From assembly GCF_011386835.1 (NCBI RefSeq), contig NC_088804.1, positions 38,006,001-38,070,000 of the forward strand: a DNA stretch of 64,000 nt, in the 5' to 3' direction. The notes beneath the pieces were generated by a model. That model was not told the DNA's origin, searched no databases, and saw only the letters and a program-made list of their open reading frames with translations. The stretch comes from Chrysemys picta bellii (taxonomy: Eukaryota). How positions within the stretch are numbered: the stretch's first letter is position 1; the number at the start of each line of letters is the position of its first letter. The position numbers and the translations under genes are program-made. Of this stretch, positions 41,451 through 52,580 are shown one piece after another.

Positions 41451-42715
41451 CATGTGTAGTTTTCACATGAGTTAGCAGGTCCCTACTCTTTAACTTGACC
41501 TGCTAACTCATGTGAAAATTACAAACCGCCTTGTCTTCACCACTTGTCAGCTAACTTGAGTTAAATACACACCTTTGTTTCATACTGAAGACAAGCCCCC
41601 ACAGTGTATGAGGTCAGGCATCTCTCATGGATTGTTGCTGTAAGATCACACAAATAAGGAGTGGTTTGGCCAGAAATAAGAGATTTCCTCAAAATACCAC
41701 CACTCTATCCACTCAGGACCACATTTTACAAGTGCAGAGTATCTCACACTCTTGCTGAAATACAAGTCACACAGAAGCCTCTTCAATTAAATATTCAACA
41801 GGAGCTTGATTCTGCATTCTTGAAGTCAGTGGGAGTTTTGCCATTGAGATCCAGGGGGTCAGGGTCTAGGATGCAGTCTGTGGTTTTGCACATCTTTCAG
41901 ATAAAGCAGAAATCCAAATGCAAGACGTAGTAACTAGTGTTTATTTAAATAACCCAAAGAACAGGGCTGAATTAAGGCAACCTAGGTCCATATGCACATC
42001 TGTAAGTCGTCCCCCATTTCTCATCCCTCCTGGTGTAGTCCTCCCCTTCATAACAGCCACCCCCTACTTGGGGAGACAGCAGGTTTCAGACAGTATTTCC
42101 CTACCTCACATAGGTGTTGTGAGGATAAAGGCATCAAAGATGGTGAGGCGTTCAACTACTACAATAATGGAGGACCACTTATGTACCTGAGATAGATATA
42201 ATATGGATGATCTCCATACATGATCAGTGCATGTCATTAACAAGCAATTTTCATGTCTGTTTCACTCACAACCGAACAACAGAATGCAACTCACTTTGTT
42301 GTTGAACTTTTCCCCTCATTGCGTAACAGACTGAGACGGACCAGAGCTGAAGCCAGCATCGTTTAGCAGCAATTTAAAATGAGGTCTTTCTGCAGCCTGA
42401 TGTCTCCATTGTGTCCTTGATTGTCATGTAGTTGGTGCATTTTTTCCAGCTACTTTCGTGGCACAAATAAATCAGAGCCTTACTATTGCATGCTGTCATT
42501 GAGGGCTCAATCCTGCAAGATGCTGAGCAACTCCTGAAGCTGCTGAGTGCCATCAAATCACCTTGACCTTAATGACAGCTGAAGGTGCATAGAGCAAAGC
42601 AGGGTCAGGCTCTGAATATGCAAGCAACCACCCTAGGTGTTATAATAAATTAATCGTTTTCAAGAATGAACCCCACCCCCCTCAGATTTATCCATATTAG
42701 TGGGAGAGATGCTGA

Positions 42716-42966
42716 GGGTTGTCTCCATGGGGAATTATTCCAGAATAGCTATTCCTGATAGATTAATTCAGAATAAGGCACTCTTATTCAACAATAAGAA
42801 CATCCACACAGGGAGTTAATCAACTTTAGAAGTGAATTTAATACAGAATAAGGCACTCTTATACCAGAATCCGGGTGTCCACACAAGGAGTTAATAGGAA
42901 ATAGCTATTTAGCTTTAAATTCACACCCTCCCTTAATCTGAATTAACTTCTCAGTGTACACAAGCC
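42716..42966. mobile_element. Hairpin MITE (Harbinger-like TIRs)
   Basis: Ends GGGTTGTCTCCA and AGTGTACACAAGCC; internal AGAATAAGGCACTCTTAT repeated. Confidence 0.5.
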
Positions 42967-44164
42967 ATGATGGAAGCATAGTAGCAAAAGAACTGAGATG
43001 CTACCAGGGACATGAGGCATTAGAACGCTGGCACTCTGGAATTGGTTTTCTTTTGTTAAATGATATTAGTCAGAGCACAATGTGTGGCACTATAATATGA
43101 GGCAGTGTTGTAATCTGCTAACAGTCAAAGTGAGGTGGCTAGCTGCCATTCAGTGCCGAAACGATATGATCATGAAAGTTTTCCTAGAACCGTCTCTGGC
43201 CACACAGTTTCAATCAAAAAGCAACAGTGAGTCAACATGATCTATTGCTGTGAAGACTTCAGTAACTGAATGACAGATGCAAGGATTAGAGATTGTTTCC
43301 AGAGACCACACACCCAAAAAAAAAAAAAAAACAGTCAGAAACAAAACAGCCTCCTCATAAATTGGGAAGCCATGTAAGCCCTGATCCTTTTCCATACAGG
43401 CGGACCTCCAGGCAGCACCCCCTCTGACTTCATTGAGGTTACTCCTGGATCTGGCCCTGAAAAGCAGCTTGCAGGCTCTGGTTACCACAGCTTGTCAAAA
43501 AAGGGGCAACAATTTATCATAAGAAATGTTTGGCGAAAAATTTGTCAGCAAAAATTAAATTCTTGAAAACCATTGAACAGGTTTATATTGCTGGTAGGGA
43601 AAAACAGCAAATGTTGTTTGCCTGTTAATTTTTGTAATCAAAATCTCCAGAGTTTTGAACTGAAAACCACAGCAGGGAGAGAGCTCTTTTGTGAGGGTTT
43701 TGTTTTTCTCTGTGATTTCTCTAATTCAAGTTCTTGACCAAGACCAGTCTCAGATCAGTTTCAGTGGAGGAAACATCTGTGTCTCTGGCCATCTGAAACC
43801 TCTGCTAGTTAGTAAAGCATATACAGCCCTCTGCAACACTTATGCTCTGAAAGATTTTATTTCCTCATTGCCACCTGCAGAAGATAATTGTCTCAACAGA
43901 AAAATGAGCCGCTTCCCATCTTTTCATCTATATTGTTCTTGCTGTCTATTATAAATAACACAAGTCCCTATTTCTTTCCCATCCTTACATAGGTAAAAAA
44001 ATCAGTCCTTCTAATTTTTCAATCTTCAAAGCACTTCAAAAATGTTTAGAGTGATGTATCCTGTCATTGTTCTATGCATGGACATCCCACTGAAGTAAAT
44101 AGGAGAAATGATTGCAGGATATGGTCCTACCTAATTAATCTTCACAGAGCTCCATGAAGATGGG

Positions 44165-44530
44165 AGATGGGACAGTAGATGGGGAGAGCTCTGAGTTAGT
44201 ACAGAGAATTCTTGCCCACGTGCTCAGGGTCTAACTGATTGTCGTATTTGGGATCAGGAATGAATCTTCCTCCAGGTCAGATTGGCAAAGGTGCGAGGGG
44301 ATTTTCACCTTCCTCTTGCCACATGAGCCATAGGTCACTTTGTGGTTTGAACTAGAATAAATTATTTAAAGACTTCAGTTTACAGAGAATCCAAGTGTAG
44401 AGGACTTCAGTAACTCAGCCAGAAGTTATGGGCCTATTACACAAGTGAGTGAGTGAGTTTCTGTGGCTTCAAATGTGCAAGAGGTCTAACTAGATGAGCA
44501 TAATGGTCGCTTCTGGCCTTAAAGCCTATG
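44165..44530 (+). mobile_element. CR1 3' fragment (second subfamily)
   Basis: Ends GGTCTAACTAGATGAGCATAATGGTCGCTTCTGGCCTTAAAGCCTATG. Confidence 0.65.
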
Positions 44531-44539
44531 CATATTATC

Positions 44540-44690
44540 TGCATTTTACAGACGCGGGAATTGAAGCACTAAGGCCTAGACCCTCAAGTTTATTTAGGAG
44601 CCTGAGCGCTTAAGTGACTTAGCCAATGCTTTGGAAGAGCAGTGAATCCGCAAGTTCTTCGTTCTCAGCCCGGTGTTAACACCATAGGTC
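44540..44690 (-). mobile_element. MIR/CORE-SINE
   Basis: CATTTTACAGACGCGGGAATTGAAGCAC...TTAAGTGACTTAGCCAA. Confidence 0.5.
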
Positions 44691-46499
44691 ACGTCTTTTT
44701 CTCTCAATTATTTATCGGTTCTCATCAGTACCTGTTCAGGAGGCTGTTTCAGTTATTTGTCAAACTGTATTTGGAATATTTTTAGCACTTAAAATCATAA
44801 AATGCCCTACAATCCTTCCTTTAAAAAGCTATCTGATCTGATTTGGTTGATGCCTGCCACAATGAAGAAAAATGTTATGTTGCTTCTCTTTGTGAAGCGC
44901 TTTGAGATCTACTGATGACAAATGCTATATAAGAGTTAGTTATTATTTTGTTTGATGTTCCAGGTATCTTCGGTCAAAAAAATCAAACTCCTGGCTCACT
45001 TTATAAGGGTAAGAGCTTATCTCCAGGCTTCTAACCAGATTTCCACTTGGGTGATATTACATATGCTTTGCATACAGTATTCTTCTCATCCTGGCCTATC
45101 TGATTATGTAATGCTATTAACCAGTCATCCCCTTCTGCCTTGCAGATGGCAGTGCCTCAAGGCTGGGCAAAGAAATTTGCTGGTGCAATTGGTAACCTAC
45201 ACAATGTACTTTGTAATCTAGCAGGTATGAAAGTGGCTTTATCAAAGTAAGAGCGTCATCATTTCAGTGAAGCTCTCACTAAAAAAAATGTAGTGCCATG
45301 GTCTTTGCGCTTTTGCGCTTTGATCCTAACTGCTCAGTCCTGAGCTAATGGCTTTCCTGCTCAAACTTTAGTCTTGGTTATATGACTGAGGAATATTAGG
45401 AGAGCTTTAAGGACACAGGGGTAATAAGTTCACTTCAATATGATGGCGGCAGATGGTTTCTTCACTCCATTTTGTATATTGAGCTGTTTTATTTCCGGTT
45501 CCTAAGTGCAGGGTTTTTCACTGAACAGATTCAAACCTAACCTCACTGTCTGCAACCCCATAGCTCTGATGTTGCCAGGTCATTTGGTAGCTTGGCTCTA
45601 CCCTTCTCTGTGTTTGTGCCCCCTTCCAATTCTTGTGTCATCAGCAAATTTGAGTGCAGTTGAATTTTCCCCAAAGAAACATGCAACAAAGCCAGACTAA
45701 GAGTAGCTGCAGAGGATACAGAGTTCAGATGGTCCAAATGGCTTCTAGAAACCCTAAATAGTCCTGAACTGGGCTACTTTTAGCTGCAAGGATCCCTATT
45801 TACCAGTTGTTTGACCACATGGAAGACCGTCATCCTCCATGGCTGGAGAGCCGCAGTTATTGATACTATGCCCTCCCTTACCTGTACAGCAAAGACTAGC
45901 CTTCTCTAAGAATGTGGCATGAGAAAGCCCAAGAGGAAAGATGCAGTCACTAAACAAACTTGCAAAAACATCTGTATTGCTGTTCATTAATGTTCAAAAA
46001 TCCTTTGCTGTCACTTCACAGTGATTTTGAACAGTCTGCTAGGATGATTAGCTTAATCTTTTAAAGGAGATTAACTCTCACATTTTAAATTGAGGATCAC
46101 ATTTTCAGAGGGCTTCCAGTAATTTGTGCTGTTTAGGCTCCAGAAAGTAATGTTTTCATCTGCTGCAGGAAGTGATTACTCAGGCAGTTGATATATGGGG
46201 TCATTTCTTTACAAGCATACACAAATACAATTGTAGGCGCAATTCTTATTATGCATGAACTCCTGGCACTACAGGTTCCTTCCAAACTTCCCAGGCTCCT
46301 TGACATCTTGCTTTCCCAGGTATGTTTGCTTATTTTTTCAGTAATTAGCATGAAGCCATGCGGTGCAGTGAAATTTCAGCTTCTGCTAAAGTATGGCTGT
46401 ATCTATTTCTACATTCTCTGGGCCTAATTCGGATCTCATTAACAAAGGTATAAATAAGGAAATAACACCATAGATGTCCATGACATCACACCAATGCAA

Positions 46500-46616
46500 A
46501 AGTGGTTTACGAAAGATTGGGCTCAGCGCAGTGGTATTTTGGTGAAATGTAATGGCCTGTGATATACAGGTGGTCAGAGTAGCTATTCTAATGGTCCCTT
46601 CTGGATTAAAATCTAT
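46500..46616 (+). mobile_element. CR1 3' tail
   Basis: GGTCAGAGTAGCTATTCTAATGGTCCCTTCTGGATTAAAATCTATG; same subfamily as 44165-44530. Confidence 0.55.
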
Positions 46617-47158
46617 GGGTGTGTCTACATTGCAATGTAGCCCAACTCAGGCTCAAGCCTAAACCCCCTTGTGTCTACACACAAATCTTGCTAACCCAGG
46701 ACTTGGACCAAGGGTCCTGGGACCTCCTAGGTGGAGGGGCTGAGCCTTAGACAAGCCAGGTCCCAGGGTTCCAGCCCTTTTGCTCTGCAGTGTAGATGCA
46801 GCCCCACTGGACTCGTGCTCTGGGAGTCTGCCAAAAGTATCCCACAATCCCATGGGCCAATTTTCTTTGTCCCCCGTATAGTCAAGTTCGGTGAACAATC
46901 AAGGTTTCCCACACCGCACTTCAAACAAAGGATTTAGGGCAGCCATATTTTGGGATGGCGCTAGGAAGTATGGCATATGGGTGGTTGGACTCAGGCCCTC
47001 AGAATGTAGTGTAGACACTGGAGCCCCAGGGCCAGTGAATTCCTAACCTGGGATTACAAATGAGTATAGCGGATGCTCAAACCCTAGTTTAACAAACTCA
47101 GGATCTGCTAACTTGAATTCTACTAACCCTGGGCTTACATTGCAGTGTACACATACCC
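46617..47158. mobile_element. MITE (542 bp, Harbinger-like) with a 3-bp TSD
   Basis: TIRs GGGTGTGTCTACATTGCAATGTAGCCC and GGGCTTACATTGCAGTGTACACATACCC; TAT on both sides (46614-46616, 47159-47161). Confidence 0.75.
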
Positions 47159-48310
47159 TATGAAACTATGAGATCAGAATCAGGCCTTTAGTGTCTAGTT
47201 CTTTCAGGCCCATGCTTTATTGTTCCAAGATCAAGTTAGAACTAACTTGGGGCTGGGACTGTCACTTGCTGTGTGTTGGTACAATGTCTAGCCCAATGGG
47301 GTCTTGAACCTGATTGGGATCACTACATGAGACAACAATACAAATAATGATAATAGTCTTTATTATTAGCTGCCTCCCTAATGGGGAATATTCTGACCCT
47401 TATACTTTCTTATAGACCTGGGTGAACTATTTGGAGTGGCCAGTAAATTTTAAAATAATCAACCAATAAATAAAGGCCTCCTCTTCTGATCACAAATAGT
47501 GAAGAGCATTTGAATTTCATTCATTTATTCATTCCTCAAGTCTATCCAGTGAATGGTTTATGTGAACAAATTATTAACCATAACTAATATTATTATATAT
47601 AAATTTCATGAATTATTAACCATCACTAATACTCTGAGCATTTGCTACTTGTAAATCATTATCCATGCTCTATGAATGGTCACCTAATGCCCATATTATT
47701 GTTTCTGGTCCCTGATGATGACTCCCTAATTCACAGAGTTTTTACCACAACTGTGCAAACATTTCTGCTGTTCAAATACATATTTGCCTGAGCATTGTAG
47801 CACATTCTCTTTCTGCAAACATTTTTGCCAACAAAAATATGCATGGAAGAAAGACACGTCAGGCAACATTTTTCAAAAGCACCTATCATCCAACACCTCA
47901 AAGGTATTCAAGTGCCTAACTCTCATTGATTTCATTGGTACCCCTGTGCAACTGGGCCTATGTGACTTAGGAGCCTACATGCCATTTTCAAAAGTAACAA
48001 GAGCCTAACTCTCATTGATGGTCAATGAAATGTAGGCTTCTAAGCACCTAAATCACTTCTGAAAATGGAACTTAGGCTTGTCTCTTAGAGGCTTTTTAAA
48101 ATTTAATCTCGTGTCTAAAATTTCCCACTATGGATAACCCCATTGTAGCTCCACTAGTAGTGACAATGGCAGGTTCTAGACAACATACTAGGGCCAGTGA
48201 AAAAGAACCAATTGTATTTCTGTAAAACATTTCAAATGAACCGGTTTCATTTGAGATTTTTTTTTCCACACAAATTTTAAGGGCTTTTTTTTAATGACAA
48301 AACTGAAATG

Positions 48311-48320
48311 CACACACACA

Positions 48321-48354
<34 letters not shown>
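48311..48354. repeat. (CA)n microsatellite
   Basis: Read directly; one interruption. Confidence 0.95.
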
Positions 48355-48358
<4 letters not shown>

Positions 48359-48606
48359 TATTTTGATTATTGGACACCAAACTGAGACAAATGTTTCAAG
48401 CCCAAAACTAAACTGAGCAACATGAATTGCATTTCGGGTTTGTTTGGGATTTTTGTGGGGGGTGGGATGGAAAAATTGAAAGTGTCATCAAAATTTAACT
48501 GATTTTTGCAGAACAATTTGCTTTTGATGCAAATGCATTTTTGATGGAGAAAATAGCGGAAAAAAATAAAAATTCCTGACAAGGAGATGACTTACCTGCC
48601 GAGTCT

Positions 48607-48825
48607 GAGACGAGACAAGGTGGGTGAGGGAAAACCTTTTACTGGACCAACTTTCTTAGAATATCAGGGTTGGAAGGGACCTCGGGAGGTCATCTAGTCC
48701 AACCCCCTGCTCAAAGCAGGACCAACGCCAACTAAATCATCCCAGCCAACTTTCTCTCTCACCAACAGAAGTTGGTCCAATAAAAGATAGTCCCTTTGCC
48801 CACCTTGTGTCGCTAATATCCTGGG
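48607..48825. mobile_element. GAGACAAGGTG-family palindromic element containing a nested CR1 3' end (48657-48745, minus)
   Basis: An 89-nt CR1 tail flanked by the 10-bp direct repeat CCAACTTTCT (48647-48656, 48746-48755). Confidence 0.75.
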
Positions 48826-49140
48826 ACCAGCAGCAGGGCTACAGCAACGCTGCATAGGCGTCTGAACACGCGTTTAACACCCCCAGGAACTGCCCTGTGA
48901 TATTGCCACGTCTGCTGAAGCTGGCTGTAGACACAGCCTGAAAGACTAACAGCCGCCACTGACACAAAGCCACCGTTGTATCTGCATGGACCTTCCCGGA
49001 GGCTTTATTTTGCACTATTCCGCCTACTCTCCGCTCTTGTTCTTCTGGCCCTTTGCTGGGTTGTGTGTTGGGCTTTCGGGCCAGGGGAGCCGTGCCCGCG
49101 AGGCAGTGTGACGGCGGGGGAAACATGCTACCACACGCAT

Positions 49141-49334
49141 CAGGGGGTAGCCGTGTTAGTCTGTATCTACAAAAACAACAAGGAGTCCGGTGGCACCTTA
49201 AAGACTAACAGATTTATTTGGGCATAAGCTTTCGTGAGTAAAAACCTCACTTCTTCGGATGCATCCGAAGAAGTGAGGTTTTTACTCACGAAAGCTTATG
49301 CCCAAATAAATCTGTTAGTCTTTAAGGTGCTACC
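49141..49334. mobile_element. Penelope-like element forming a 146-bp near-perfect palindrome
   Basis: Arms 49189-49261 and 49262-49334 are reverse complements with one mismatch and no spacer; same family as 15155-15798 and 18893-19091. Confidence 0.85.
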
Positions 49335-49405
49335 ACACGCAGGCAGTCCCAGCCACAGGTCCTGCCCCGCACGGCCCTGGCCCTGAAGAACCGCACCCCG
49401 AGCGG

Positions 49406-49421
49406 ACGGCAGATGGCGCTA
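49406..49421 (+). promoter_or_regulatory. CTCF-like motif
   Basis: ACGGCAGATGGCGCTA in a CpG-rich patch between the MTHFSD and FOXF1 3' ends; motif match only. Confidence 0.45.
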
Positions 49422-50350
49422 GCGCCGTGTTAAAGGGCTCTGCTGGAAGGCCTCTTAACCCTTGCGTTGCCGCCGAGTATTTCTGCTCCTAGAAAGGTTA
49501 CCGTCTCTAGTCGCTTTTAGCTCTGCTGCGCCTCTTTTCTCTTGGGGGAAGGGGCGGGGGGGGGATCCCGGAAGCCTTACCCCTCTAAGCCCCACCAAGT
49601 CCTTTGAAATCATGCGCTGCTTTATTTTCCTAATTTACAAAAGACCGCAGCCCCCGCCTACAAAGCCGAGGACTGGCTTGAAATACAGTGATCAGACTTG
49701 CTCTTTGAGGCAAGAGGCCATGCAACAAGGGGGGGGGGGGCTAAAATACAGGGAAACAGCCCAAGACCTGAGGTCAAGGTGGCATTTTGCTCCTCTTTCC
49801 TACCCTGTTTAATAGGAGCTTGGCTTCACTAAAGCTTTAACTCTGGCTCCATCCTCCCAGGGAACATGCCCCTGTTCAAACTCAACCCCGCTATGAAACC
49901 AGGGAGTGGCTGATCTTACTTTTTCCTAAGGGGCAGTGATGCCCCGGTAGTCGTTTCTCTGCTGCACAGCTGGGGACTTAGCTGGAGAAGTGTATCCCCA
50001 ACCTGTGAAAAGCTGGGCCTGACCTGCTAGAGAATATTCTTGGCATCCAAGTCATGGGCGCACCTTCAAAAAGCTATAAACCGACTCATTAGGCAGGACT
50101 TTTGCTGGGTGAAAACCATAGCTAGGGGAAATCCTTGCCCCTTAGCTGGGCATCTGACTCCCACTACCTGGGAGACACTTGAGCCAGAGACTATGGCCAA
50201 GCAGTTAGGCCCGGATCCTCAAAAGTATTGGTATAGGCTCCTAGTGAAATCAGTGGGAGTTGAGTCTAAATAGATTTGAGCATCTGGGCCTTTGTGTATT
50301 TGGTGTCTGCTCATATTTGGACACAGTTCATCAGGCGTGCACACCTATAG

Positions 50351-51091
50351 GTCCCATAAAGGGCATAGTTATTATCAAGTCGTCTTCTATCTTCTGAAGC
50401 AACTCATACAGGGGAAATGGCTGTCCTGATGCAGGAGAAGGGCCCAGAGATGTAACAGCCTCCAGGGGTTTATCTTTTTCTCCCTGGCTGTAGGTGTATG
50501 AGATGGAGTGCTGCCTGTCTGTTTAGACTGCGCTCACTGACTTGAGGAATATGTGGCGTCCATGGTATGTGGTGGTTCTGTTTTTCCAGGTTTAAAAAAA
50601 AATTAACCGTGCAAAACTTTCCTGTGGAATGGAGTTCAGGCCTCTGGGAGACTCGGCCTGCAGCCTGCAAGGTGCGTTCTCTCTCCCTCCACCCCACCCT
50701 GAGACCAGACTTTCCAGGGATTTATTGTATACACAAAAGGCAAGCCTGAAATGAAGCTGAAGGCTGAAAATGAATCTTGGGAAAGATAAGGAGACTTCAA
50801 GGAAAAGAACCACTTGGTGGCGTTTGAACTTCTAACCTCGGGACCTTTATCTCGGACGCACCTAGTAAAGATATTTGCTTCGGAAGCAAAATCCCTGACC
50901 CTGGATTCTATGTTACATGGCCCAGTGCTAGCAGGGCTACTCAGTGAAATGCCATGGATAAATAGCTGTATCTATTTAGGGCAGAGATTTCTTATGAATC
51001 TTTGTGGATTTTAGCAGCAATAAAAAAACAGACTAGAGAGATTTAAGGTAAGCAGATATTAGAGCTATGTCTGCGTGTGGACCTGTGGATT

Positions 51092-51162
<71 letters not shown>

Positions 51163-51425
51163 CTTATTCCACTTATTCTCTGTATAATTGGATTGATAAC
51201 ATCACAATCGTGTGTGTATATATATGTGTGTGTGTGCACACATGATCATCTGTGTTCAAATAAGTCCCATAAAGGGCAGAGTTATTATCAAGACAAGCTT
51301 TTACTATGACGGGAGGAACTCACACAAGAGAAAGGCCTGGCCCAGAGATATAGCAGCCTCCAGGGGGTTGTTGTTTTTCCCTGCCTGGCTCTAGGTGTAT
51401 GAGACAGAGTGCTGCCTGCCTGTTT
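50351..51425 (+). repeat. Local direct duplication (50351-50525 and 51264-51425)
   Basis: Both copies begin GTCCCATAAAGGGCA(T/G)AGTTATTATCAAG and share GGCCCAGAGAT..A.CAGCCTCCAGGGG and CCTGGCT.TAGGTGTATGAGA...AGTGCTGCCTG. Confidence 0.85.
51094..51159. repeat. (GT)33 microsatellite
   Basis: Read directly. Confidence 0.97.
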
Positions 51426-51593
51426 GGCCAGTGCTGTACACCTCTACTTTCTGCATTTGAGGTAGATGTATTATAGCTTCTACTTTCTGCATTCTCTCTC
51501 TCTTTAATGCAGAAAGTTGAAGATAATAATACATATACCTCTAATGCAGAAACACTCTCTCACACACACACACTTTCTCTCTCTCTCTCTCTC

Positions 51594-51648
<55 letters not shown>

Positions 51649-52580
51649 CACAGATTAACTGACAGGTCTATATCAAAATACATGTATATACTTCTAGTTT
51701 CTGCATAAGCAGTATATGAATTATATCTAATTTATATACTATATTTATACCTACAAAGAGCGAGAGACAGAGAGAAATGAATTACAGCGCCATATAGGTA
51801 TGTATATGTATACAGAAGTAGAAATGTAGGTGTCTCTATACTGCTAATCTACCTATATGGCTATTTACCTATGGATAATGCCTGTCTATATCTATTGCCG
51901 CAATACCTTTCCCGTGCTCTCTCGCTATTTAGCGAGAACTACCCGCGTCCTATACATAGGTGCATGCCTATCTCTAGCTAGCGATACCATTCCTGGCTTC
52001 CGTCTCGCTGTGTGGGGTTGTAAGTAGACGAGGAAGAGATCACAGCCCTTGGTGTCATCCTCCACTGAGCCCTGGTGTTTAATACGAGCCATTAGTCGCG
52101 ATTAAGATTGGGAAATTCGTGTTAGATTCAGCTAGATTCCTCCTCCCCCCAGCGCAGCCGCACATGCAGCCCAGTGAGGGTGGATCTCAGACACTGGGCT
52201 GCTTTGTGCCTTCAACCAGATCCTTCAGGTGGCAGGCTCCGGCCCTGGTCCCCCGGGGGGAGAGTTGGCTTTAAAGACAACAGTTTCAGCTCCGAAGGTA
52301 ACAGGCTCAGCCTGCCGCAGTGTCCCTGCCTATGGGAGGGATGGTGCAGTCAGAAAGGTCCCCAACCGCAAGGCCAAGCGGATACGCTGGGAACGTGAAG
52401 GCTGGTGTGGGTCAAATTCCTTCCCACTGACCCTGCCCAGCATCGGGGGCCTCACAGCAAAGCCTTCCTTCGGGGGGGGGGCTTTGGAGAGTGGGTAGCA
52501 AGTTATTGTAGCAAAATCTTTCGAGAGCGTAAGATGATTGGCCCGATTCTCTGTATAATTGGATTGATAACATCACAATC
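51175..52580 (+). repeat. Exact 35-bp direct repeat (51175-51209 and 52546-52580)
   Basis: ATTCTCTGTATAATTGGATTGATAACATCACAATC occurs twice. Confidence 0.95.
51560..51648. repeat. Compound (CA)n/(CT)n/(ATCT)n microsatellite
   Basis: Read directly; ATCT tract 51594-51648. Confidence 0.95.

Noticed and set aside
49189-49334. Palindromes as novel miRNA genes or terminators
   Set aside because: They match a multi-copy retroelement family within this window; no expression evidence.
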